From: Pseudovirgaria hyperparasitica
Taxonomy: Eukaryota
Reading direction: 5' to 3' (one strand)
DNA length: 64,000 bases
Assembly: GCA_010093815.1 (NCBI GenBank)
Contig: ML996575.1
Under the pieces are notes generated by a model. That model was not told the origin of the DNA. It was given only the letters and a program-made list of their open reading frames with translations, and searched no databases. The position numbers and the translations under genes are program-made. Of the stretch, positions 12,021 to 22,694 are shown one piece after another; the stretch's first letter is position 1, and every line of letters begins with the position of its first letter.

Positions 12021-12633
12021 AATCAATCCTCCACGTCCAAGTGCACTATAACACAACTCTACATCCTACTCTAATATAAACACATAGCACTACCACCCAA
12101 CTTCGTAAAACAATACGAAAGCAAAAGGACCCAGCCAGCCAGCCAGTTAACTAGATAACCAGATAACCAGCGGTATCCGGAACAGCGCGGAAGAAGAAGT
12201 CCAGCGTACTACTTACTATAGTACTAATTAACATTCTAACTAACACACATACACAATCTCCATCTAGCCCATCTAGCCCATCTAGTGAGTTATCTATCAG
12301 GATATATATGTACAAAGGTGCATGTAGAGTATATGTGTATGCATGTATGCAAGTATGCAAGTATGTATGTATGTCGGTCATACGACGACACCAAGCAAAT
12401 TACGCGCATTAGAGCGAACCAGGGTAATTAACAGGGCTTGGAAGAAAGGTCCAATGTTGTTGTCCGCGTCGTATCAGCCGTATTCAGACGAGGTCACACC
12501 GTGTTTACCCTATTTGGCCGCATGCAAGAATGGGGAACGAGTCTTGATGTTGTTTCATCAGACAGACAAACTTAGTTGGTGTTTTTGTATTTGCCATAGC
12601 TACCGGGGGGCGCATATGCTACTCCTACTCCTA

Positions 12634-12663
12634 CACCACCACCACCACCACCACCACCACCAC
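12634..12663. repeat. (CAC)10 microsatellite
   Basis: Directly visible; intergenic. Confidence 0.9.
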
Positions 12664-13058
12664 CCAGGAGGCGCGATGCTGCAGCCAATTTCCCTTCTCC
12701 CCTCAATCAACCCGGTCTGCTCGCATGCATCAATTTCATGTATGCACACGGCGACTCCGGGGTATCGGTATCTATACAACATGATGAAAGCTCTCAAGTG
12801 AGAGAACGATGGATAGAGATAGTAGACATGCCGTGAATAACAAAAGAAAAAAAAGCGGTGAGAAAGAAAAAAAAGGTGAAATATCGCAGAATTATGTATG
12901 CCAATGCCGCAAAAATGCACGCGTGAGATATAGGATTGATGAAATAGTTCGTGAGTCATCATGCAAGGGGTATCTCGAAGCCGTTACTATCATCCCATAA
13001 TGGTTTGTGTGAAAGGCGATACAAGCGGAATGGAAAGACTGCATGTAGTGTCATGTTC

Positions 13059-15290
13059 TTAGACGGAGATCATCAATGGATCCTTCGTGGCGGGAGCTGC
13101 GTTAATCGGGGCACGCTTGCTCTTGTTGTATGCTGCCATCTCGAGGCCGATCTCGCGCATGCGCTCGCAGCCCTTGCCAGGGGAAGGCTTCTTTTCACCT
13201 TCCTTGGCCTGCTTGCGGCAATGCTTTTGATAAAGTTTCTGAAGACGACGTTGACGTTTCTGCTCTAGACCGGCCTTGATGTCGATGGCACCGCGGCTTG
13301 GGAGGTCGTTGGACTCGTCATCGTCGTAATCCAAAGGAGAAAGGGGGTTCATGACTGGAGCGCGAGGAAGAGAAGCGGCAATCTGCATAGACGGTCGCTC
13401 TGCCATGCCGACGAAGTGGAGGTTGGAGACGCGAACAGCAGGTGGAGAATGAATCAGGGATGCGCGGCGAGGTGGCCTTAGAGCAGGCGAGCGCATTCGT
13501 TTTGGAGGTGTGCCAGTATGTGCACGACGGATCGGAGCGGGTGAGCGGGTTCGGCGCATGGCTGCCGGTGGTGGCGAACGCATGCGGACTGGAGTGGTAG
13601 CCTTCTTGCTTGGGCGGGCAGTGCGCGGCTCGTCTTCATCCATGGAATCGAAAGCGCCATGCATGAGCATGTGCTGGTCGGATACAGAGCCTGTTCTTGT
13701 TTCTTCCTCGTCGTCATCGAGCTCAGGGTCTGATGTTGGAAAAGAGGGATCAATGTCCTGGGGAGTAGTACGATGCTTTGCAGCTCGGCGACGCTCGATT
13801 GCGGAGGCATAAGCATCCTCCAACGGGCGATCCTCGTCCAGCGTACCACAGACAAAGTCAGTACTGTCCGGTAACTCTGGTGTTGGCTCAACGTTGATAT
13901 TGATGGCATTCCGCTTCCTACGTCTAAGACGATTCGGTGAACTCTTGTGGTGCGTCAAGAACGCGACTTCACTGTCGGGCGAGCCAACAGAAGAGTCAGA
14001 GAAGCTACGACGGCCAAGGGGGCGGATGTGCTCAAGATGGTCCGTAGAGGTTGCTGCAGTCGACAAGCCAGCGCCAGGTCCGGGAGCCCACCAGTCGTAA
14101 TCAGAGCCAGCATCACTCTCGTCGTCCGAGCTGGCAAATCCTGCCTCGTTGTCGGTATGAAAGCCGTCATCGGAATCTTCGTCCATATCGTTGGCACCTG
14201 CCCCGCCAAATTCATCGTCATCGTCATCATCCTCATTTTCATCCTCCTCATCGACATCCTGTTCCTCTTGCAGTGCTTCCTCTTCAGCTTCTTCTCCCAG
14301 TTTCCGCAAACAGTTTTCAATCTTCAGCGTGTCAGACACAGTCAGCCGGCTGCGATGGCATGTCGCCTCCTTGGTCCAATCGTCGTCTTCTTCTTTGCCA
14401 CTGGCAAAGGCATGGAAGCGGGTGGCCTCGCTACGTCCAAGATCTGAGTTGCCACTCAACGTTCGCTTGTGGTTGGTAGAGGCAACTTTGCGAACACTCT
14501 TAGGGCTATCGTTGCGAACGGTGGAGTCCGAGTCTCGATGTTGGCGAGGCGAAGCTGGGATGGACTCGCGTTGTTTCAATAAGGAAGGAGCAGGACTAGC
14601 GGCTCTGCTAATTTTCGGCTTCTTCTCTTGCAGGTGCATCGGCTGCTCTGCCAAGACTTTGGATGGACATGCGAAGCGGATAGTGCAGCCTCGCTTGACT
14701 GGTGCAGTCTGCTCCATCTTTGGAGGAGTCTGTACGCGAGGGGTAGGAGTAGGAGTTGGCGACGCCTTGCGCCCACACGCAAAGGTGATGCACCGTTTTC
14801 GCCCAAGATTGGCCTCCAGAGTACTCTCGGGCATGGCCTGACCCTGGGGAACGACATGATCGTCATCAGTCTGGATCTTGACTTGAGATGGGTTAAAATC
14901 GAGTTTGCTGAAGACAGGGAGTATGTTAAACATAGACGGTGGACAAGGAGGACTGGGCGAGCTGTTCCTTGTTCCGCAGCTAGTAAAACCACAATCGCTG
15001 GTCAAATCAGCGCTGGAATAGTCTTTGGGAGATTGAAGACATGGATCCTCTTCAGAATGGGTCTCGGGCTCGGAAACGTGAAGTGCCTGAGTCAATAAGG
15101 ATTCCTGTCTCCGGGAGCTCGTGGGCCTTGTTTTAGTGAACTTGTCCGTCTCGGCAGCAAGGCTTGAGACTGGACCGGGAGTCCGCTGAGGGGGATGATC
15201 AGGAGGTTCGTCGACCTCTGTGGCGATTTCTCCACAGGAAACACATACTGTATCAACAGCAACATTCAACTGACCACTGGTCTGGTCCAT
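13059..15290 (-). CDS. DUF2457-family disordered fungal protein, intronless, 743 aa
   Basis: Motifs RRQESLLTQAL, RKRCITFAC, SEATRFHAFAS, LTVSDTLKIEN.LRKLGEEAEEEAL, an acidic tract, ELPDSTDFVCGTLDEDRPLEDAY, PQDIDPSFPTSD and PGKGCERMREIGL. Confidence 0.85.
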   Translation of the reverse strand: MDQTSGQLNVAVDTVCVSCGEIATEVDEPPDHPPQRTPGPVSSLAAETDKFTKTRPTSSRRQESLLTQALHVSEPETHSEEDPCLQSPKDYSSADLTSDCGFTSCGTRNSSPSPPCPPSMFNILPVFSKLDFNPSQVKIQTDDDHVVPQGQAMPESTLEANLGRKRCITFACGRKASPTPTPTPRVQTPPKMEQTAPVKRGCTIRFACPSKVLAEQPMHLQEKKPKISRAASPAPSLLKQRESIPASPRQHRDSDSTVRNDSPKSVRKVASTNHKRTLSGNSDLGRSEATRFHAFASGKEEDDDWTKEATCHRSRLTVSDTLKIENCLRKLGEEAEEEALQEEQDVDEEDENEDDDDDDEFGGAGANDMDEDSDDGFHTDNEAGFASSDDESDAGSDYDWWAPGPGAGLSTAATSTDHLEHIRPLGRRSFSDSSVGSPDSEVAFLTHHKSSPNRLRRRKRNAININVEPTPELPDSTDFVCGTLDEDRPLEDAYASAIERRRAAKHRTTPQDIDPSFPTSDPELDDDEEETRTGSVSDQHMLMHGAFDSMDEDEPRTARPSKKATTPVRMRSPPPAAMRRTRSPAPIRRAHTGTPPKRMRSPALRPPRRASLIHSPPAVRVSNLHFVGMAERPSMQIAASLPRAPVMNPLSPLDYDDDESNDLPSRGAIDIKAGLEQKRQRRLQKLYQKHCRKQAKEGEKKPSPGKGCERMREIGLEMAAYNKSKRAPINAAPATKDPLMISV

Positions 15291-18200
15291 TGCAGAGCAA
15301 TGGATGTGATCAATACTATGATTGACGGTTAAGGCAGTCCAAATGGTATGACAACGGAAGTGAGGTCGAATATGGCGAGAAGGAGTTGATATAGCGAGCA
15401 GATAGAGCTAGGTTGATTTGCGGGGGAACAGAGATGAACAAGTATGCGCTGCAACAGATAGTGTTTCGGTGTAGTGTATGCACAGCAGAGACGAGGGTCT
15501 GTGTGTGTGTATATATGGATGGTGGCGAACGGTCGGCGCCCACAGGACGTTGTGTAAGGGTTATAATATCCGCATGGTTAAGTGGGAGAAGACAAAGAAG
15601 TTCGCAGGACGAGTGTTAGAAGAAGTAAAGGCAGCGCCAACGGAACAAAAGAGGAAGTGACAGCCAAGGACCTGGGATTGGCCCTGGAGGGAATTATGAT
15701 GGACGTTAGAGAGAGAGATGGACGGGTTTGAGAGGTCAGTAGTAGTGTTGTGTGCGCAGAGTGGCAATGCAGATTGCTGCGGTGGCCGTAGGAAGTGAGG
15801 AGGTGTTGTTCTAGGGCGGCGTGGGATGGTTTGAAGGTAGGAGTTCGCACGGACGAATGTAGCGTTGCGGCTACAGCGTGACGCGTCGTCAGTTGGAGTG
15901 TTGGAGTGTTGGAGTGGTGTGTTGCAATGGATGAGAAGGAGGAGGAGTTGTCGAGAAGTATTAGAGGAGGGGAAAAGGCGAATGAAGAGGTGATTTGGGC
16001 GGAGGTGGAGGTGAAAGGGAAAAAAAAAACAGGCAGAGAGGGAGAGTGGGATCGGATGGGCCTTGCGGAAGTGGATTAGCGGTGTATGATCGGGAGCCAG
16101 CCGGAGGGTTGCTTGCTGACTGGTAAATTCTTTTCACCCTGGAAGCTTCTTAAGAGAGCAAGCGAGCGAGATCATAAGAAGAGTAATAATAGTAATAATG
16201 GGAAAAGGTCGAAATTACTCATTACGAATTACGTGCGGAAACAGCGCTGCAACTGATATTACGGCCGCTGCAGCAAAGACATTACTCTCTACCCATCGAA
16301 TTTAGCGCCGGCCATCTCCCTGTCGAGGGTTAGAGTTAGGTAGGTAATTACAGGAATTAGGCTGTTACTGTAACAGCCTGTAGGGAACCCTTCGAGAGTT
16401 GACGGGCCAGTTTGCAGGCTTTTTTTCATGCTGGTGGCGGTGGGACTGTCTTTGCCCTGCGCTGCCCTGCCCTGCATTGAATGCATCGCCATCGGCCCAT
16501 CGTCGCACGCCGCACACCGCACACCGCACACCACACACCACACACCGGCATCAGGCTCTTCATCATATGCAGGTAGTAAATAGTATATAACAATGTCTGG
16601 GTTGATTAGGCCAGAGGAGCAGTTGTCCACTTCTCATCTGTTCGTACGAGCAAGAGCTGGCTGTGTATAATTAGAGTAATGATATAATACAGGATGACCG
16701 TCGTTACTGTAATTAATTACCAGATTAGAGCAGAAATGAAGAAGTGGATGCAAGCAGCTGCATGGAAAAGCCTGGTTGTCGGTAAATTTGCGTATGTTGG
16801 TAGGTAGTCAGTCGCAGTAGTTGTATGGCTGGCGGCTGGCCAGAGTGGGCGGCGGGGCTACTGTAGGTATTAATTAGATACACATAGGCAGAGCTGGGCA
16901 ACGCGCTGGGCAGGCAGTGGGCAGTCAGGCTGGCCGTCGCTTGGTCTTCTTGGGGCCTTCTTAGCGGCTTCTTAGCGGGTCTGGGCTGTTGTCTTTCTGT
17001 CAATCTGCCCTTATTTGACTGCCCAAGTTACAGTACTGCCCCCCCGCGCCCGCGCCCGCGCCCGTCCGCCTGCCCACCTGCAGCTTGTTGTCGGTCGTCT
17101 CGCATGCACAGGTCGACTTTGGCCGGCAGATGCGCCGCCGTTCCATTTCAGGCAACGTGGTCTGCCGTAATAATAGTAATTCGTACTGTAATGAATAATC
17201 TTCCCTTGCTTTCACCACCAATCTCTTTCCAGCTCCATCATCACCACCACCACTACCACGATACTACCACCAACCACTAACCACCAACCACCGGCGCCGG
17301 CAGCCATGTCACTTCGGCCCCTCCTGATACCCATCTTCATCGTCATTTCCGTCATTCTCGTCATCGTCGTCACCGGCACCCTACCTCGACCTACCACGTC
17401 ACATCTGTACATGTGCTGATCTTTTACATCTTTAGCCATACCCACCACTGTTACAGCGGGTACCTTTTTGCTCGCCATTGACTTATCCATATCGTGCTTC
17501 ACGTTCCGCTGTTACCTTCTTCTGACCGCTGCAAGTATGCTGACTGCACCTCCAGACACTGACACACTCTCATGGCACCGTCAGGCTGCTGACGATATCG
17601 GACGTCTCCACCATGACTTTCGTCGGCGCGCCTGCAAGCGTCCAGCCGGGCCTCCTACACAGCCTTCCGTCCAGCCATGGACTCAGAGCCACGGCCAGGC
17701 TGAGATTTCTAAGCGTGCGCTCGTCGTAGATAGAGTAGAGTCGTCGACGGATTGCAGAGGCGGCCATACAAAGAAATCCCGCATCCTGAGACTATCCGGT
17801 ATCGTCTGTGAAACGATCTAAAATGTGGATTCTACTGCGTGGGGTCTGCCATCGGGATAGTGGACTTGGAACTTGGTGAGCAACCACTCATACACCTTCA
17901 TTTGTCGGAATTCAACAGCCCAATCGCAATCCCGCTCTGGGCAAGGGGTGGCGCCGTGGGTACGTACCCAGGGATACAACACAGACCCTGATCCTCTGGC
18001 TTATAATGCGCACAGCTGCACATGATGCATGAAATCATTCGGCTCACAACTGAAGAATTTTGACTGAGAATGCACTACTTGGTGAGCTCTAAATAGCTCG
18101 AAACCGCATCGCAATTGTGTCGCGCCATCTTCGCATCGCCCTGATCATGATGGAGAAAGTGTGTCGACTAGCTTTGAGTGCCGAGTGGCGTCCACTGCGA

Positions 18201-21200
18201 CTTCGGCCACCTACCACACCTACTTACTAATTACCTGACTCCTCGGGTCATCGGTTCGATTCACTGTCAAGGGCCTGTCTTGTCCTCTCCATTTCGATAA
18301 TGAAAGGACGAGAGAAGAATTCGCGCCATAGCCCATAGGCCAGAGCCACAGCAGACTCTGCCATATCTGCACCCAGTCCGGCCGAGCTCGACGCGATAGA
18401 TGGATCCATTCCAAGTCATTGCCATGTCATGCAGCTTTATCGCACTGGTCCACAGGATTTAGTGAAACTGTGCAGTGCGATGCATACTGCTTTATCGCCC
18501 TTACTACTAATTAATTACCACGTTAGTCGCGGCACATACATGAACACTACAGTGCTAGGACCTCACTCTATTCATACTTGGCAGTTCCTTGTCAGAAATG
18601 TCGCTTGTCTTAACGGTTTGTGCGAGGAAGGTCTGTCCCTGTCGCTGTACCAATGCTCCGTTTTGCGCATACACATGACCTGTAACCTGACACAGCGCTT
18701 TCTACTGTCCGTTCTTAATTCAACAATCCGTCTCTGTCATCGTCAAAACCATTCTATTTCTGTCAGACTCCCTTTGCCGTCACCGCTACATTCCTTCAAA
18801 CCGCCACCTTACTTCACTCATGGGGGCACTCGGCCATCTGCCTTGCGAGGAGACCAGGATCAATGCCAACAAACGTACCTCGGTGCTCGTGATGGTGCAT
18901 ATTCAGCTCCACCGCCAACAACAGCCACTCTTGTGTTACGTTCAGCCTCGACAGCGACCCGTCACGGAATTGCCCGCAGGCCAAAGGCCAAAGGTAGATG
19001 CAATTCTTTGTGCTTTTCTACGCGAGTCTCATGGCGCCATCGTCTGTGCTTCTGTGCTTTGATACATTCACCATTAGATAGATCCATGCAGAAAAAGACG
19101 GTGTCAGCGACTACGTGCGGCTGCCTGCATCACGTCCTGCACAAAAGAACCCTCGTGTATGGCGCGTGTATCGCGTGTGGGGTCGCAAAAGTGCGGGGAC
19201 GCGAGCATCCATCGACAAGCTTGTCATGGTCAAGCTCTTCGTTTATGCACAGTCAAGACGTCGCACGGCAGCTGGACGTCTGCCGTTTGCTGATCGCAAC
19301 AGCTGATCTTACAAAAAAAGTCTTCAGACCCTATTGCTGATTCGTTACGCTCACCTCTCTCCGATGTTGTCTCGTCCAATGATGGACTGTCGGACTCAAC
19401 GTTGACCAATCTCACCTCATCATCATCACACACACAGCAGCACGTGGATACCGCTGTAAGAGGAAGAGTAGACTGTGTCAGTCACGTAAGAATTTAAACT
19501 ATATTTGGCAGTTTTAGCACTTCGCTCGGATTTCCCTTGGACGCCAGTACGTCCCGCTCCTCTAGTTGCCTCCTTGGTCATCCGCCAGATACTAGACATG
19601 CGCCGGATATGACGGCTACTGGGCTTCATACTGTTGGAGAGTCGTGATAGGCTCTCGGACATATTTTATCCCACGCGAACGTACGACGGTGCCGGATATG
19701 TTGCGATAACCACAAGTTGTTGACTGTGTGATGATTATCCACTCCTTCGGGATGCGAGAAAGAAATAGGTAATCCGTCGTTTAGCATCCATCTCTCTATC
19801 AACCAGAGCGCGGGGTAAGAGCTCTCCTCGACAGCACTGTATACTGACAATGCAGTGTAATCTCCCAGCTCCTCCAAGCTACATGATACAGACGGCATCC
19901 CATACTCGCAAACAGGACGTCTGCAGATGCATTCATCGGCGCTATGCTTCTGTCGGTCTTACGCAAGAGCCTGCCTTTGCAAGAACAAGACCGCCAGGCC
20001 CTATACACCGGTGCAAAATCTCATGTAATCACTACACAATCACTCGTGTTCGATCGGCATCTATGCGAATCCGTCTCAGATCATGTCCCCCCCTTTGCTT
20101 TTCCTTTGAGTAGAGCGCAGGTGTCCGCAACCACATCTACGTCCACCGTAAATGTGGCAGACCACCGCAACACTAGTCTCATCTATATCGGCAGCGTATG
20201 CCTTACTTGTACATGATGTGAGTATGTCTCAGATGTGTGTCTTGATATGTGTGTGGATGCGGATGTGGATGTGTGCCGCCCACGCCGTCAGTCCGCTCGA
20301 GCAAGGGATGCGCATGCATTGTTATGGCTGAGGCTGTACTTGGTAACAGCGTCGTGGCACTGCGCCATGGACTTACTTCTCAACTCTGCTCTGCTCTACT
20401 CAGCTCAGCTCTTGTAGCTTGGTAAATGAAGTGAGGGATCTATCTGTTAATCACTCACTCACTCCTTGCGGAGAGGATAGTGAAGTACTGTCGATGTGAG
20501 GCGGGCGTGTGTTGGAAGGCGCAATATCAGATCCGTCCATCCATACTAGATCCATTCATATCAGATGCTATCCTATCCAGTCCTGTTCCAATCGATCAAT
20601 CCCATATCGGGACACTGTTCCGACTCTTTTCCACTTTCTCTTTCTCTTTACCCAATCCCCCATCCCCTTGTCCCTCTTCCTCGAGATCTTCTATTTGTGA
20701 CCTATCATCCTGTTGTCGACGGAGTAGTACTTAGTAATAACAGTATTGATGACGCACTACAACCTTCTACTTCGCACTCACACTCGCACTTGTATGATAC
20801 CATGATCCCATTCCATGACAAAACCTCTTGCCTTCTCCGATGGAGCAATAGATCAGTACTAGCTGGCTAAGTGACTGACTAGCACGTCATGCTCCACCAC
20901 AACCACCACCACAAGTCTTTGATTTCCAATCACTCTGTCTCATCTCATTCGATATACGGCCTTGCCCTTTTCCTTCACTCCCTAGCATAGCATAGCAAAG
21001 CAAAGCAAAGCCCAGCCCAGCCCAACCCAGCATATCACTCACAACCCAGCACAGCCCAATCCGTAACCTAGCATAATCTTAAACCCGCCAAGCAAGCTTA
21101 TATCAAAACAAGCACCTGCTTCCTCCCCTTGGCCTGGGGTTGGTATGTCTGACCTACTTGTCTATCCTCCCCTGAGGACAAGATATCTGTGGTTGGGAGA

Positions 21201-21304
21201 TGGAGGGAGATGTTATATATGTATATGTATATCCCCACATCCATACACAGCAACGCTGCCTTTACTCCTCAGGAGACAGAACGAATGGGATTTCTAGCAG
21301 GTGT

Positions 21305-21369
21305 ATGGATGGATGGATGGATGGATGTATGTATGTATGTATGTATGTATGTATGCACGTATGTATGTA
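21305..21369. repeat. Compound (ATGG)n(ATGT)n microsatellite
   Basis: Directly visible; part of an SSR-dense interval at about 20.9-22.1 kb. Confidence 0.9.
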
Positions 21370-21968
21370 CAGCGTGATACATTCGTGTCAGTCAAACACG
21401 TGCCTAAGCAATGCATCGAAACGAAGTCCGTCTTACTCTCCAGTCTGTCTCGTCTGCATATGTATCTGCGTGGACAGTACAACAAACATGTCCCGTTTTT
21501 CATGTCGATATAATAGCTTAGATGTCAATCCATTACATCCATCCACCCCATTCACCCATTTACCCATTCACCAATTCATACACACATACATCCATACATA
21601 CATACACGTCCCAGCCCTCTTTCCCCCTCCTTCCTTCAGCCTCCCATCTTTCATCACACTCCCCCGAGACCAGCAACCAGGTCCTCAACACCACCACCAC
21701 CACCACCACATCCACCCAAATCCATCCCTCCACCCCCTCCTTCCAAAGCAACAGAACAATCTCGCGCCTTCACACTCCGCCACACAGCACAGACATGTTC
21801 AAAAAAGCGCGGAATACCCCATTACATGAAAGGGCAGAATGCTGAGTCTTCCTCGCGCGTGTGATTATCTCTGTGTTTTTGGGGGTTTATTTTTATGCTA
21901 TGTTTTGGTGTGTTCATGTGTTCGTGGACTGACTGTAAAGTGCAATAACACGGGCGACAACGCTTGGG

Positions 21969-22045
21969 TGGGTGAGCGAGTGAGTGAGTGAGCGAGTGAG
22001 TGAGTGAGTGTGCTAGTTGATAGGGATGGATGGATGGATGGATGG
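21969..22045. repeat. Imperfect (GTGA)n followed by (GATG)n microsatellites
   Basis: Directly visible. Confidence 0.8.
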
Positions 22046-22694
22046 CGGTGGTTTTTTTTTCTTTCGTTGATGGTATGTTGTGGACTTTGGTCTGGGGCTA
22101 CGGGGATGCTATGGCTTCTTGATTGCAGAGCTGAATTGATTGTAGGAATGTTTGACAATGGGGTAGCACAGTTCGGGTGTGTGTTGAAGTAGATGTCCCA
22201 AGCACGAGTACACGGCGAGGTATGCCCATGTCGATCAAATGAGCCGTTGCGTGCTCAACCCAAAGCCAGCCAGGGAGTTCATCAATCACGGTTCCCGTTG
22301 CTTTTATGTGATCCTATACAGCCAAAGGGTGCGAGGTGAGCGTAACTTCATGTCTAAAATAAAAGTCATGCGGCTTTCTAAGAGAGTGCAAACAAGTATG
22401 GTACGCAAGTTACAACATCAAGGTTGAAGTAGAATTCTTTCATTAGAAGGCTCGTATGCTACAGTCAGACATGCTATCATGAGTTCCTCCTCTACACAAG
22501 CCTGTGCCCGTGTTGTATGCTAGCCATACCACCAACTAAAGCCACAAACAGCGATAGCTAATCGAGGCTCCAGGGAATGCCTTGGCTCAAAGAAAAGACG
22601 TGACATGAGATTTGATCATCACCACAGAAAGACGCCAGTGCCCATTAAACCCGCCAAATTTTGTTTATCCGGAACGAAGAACAATGCGTGGCAT

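Noticed and set aside
16327..16345. GGGTTAGAGTTAGG as an interstitial telomeric repeat
   Set aside because: Only two degenerate units; expected by chance.
18429..19340. 303-aa plus-strand ORF
   Set aside because: Cys/His/Arg-rich random-looking composition with no motif or codon bias; probably spurious.
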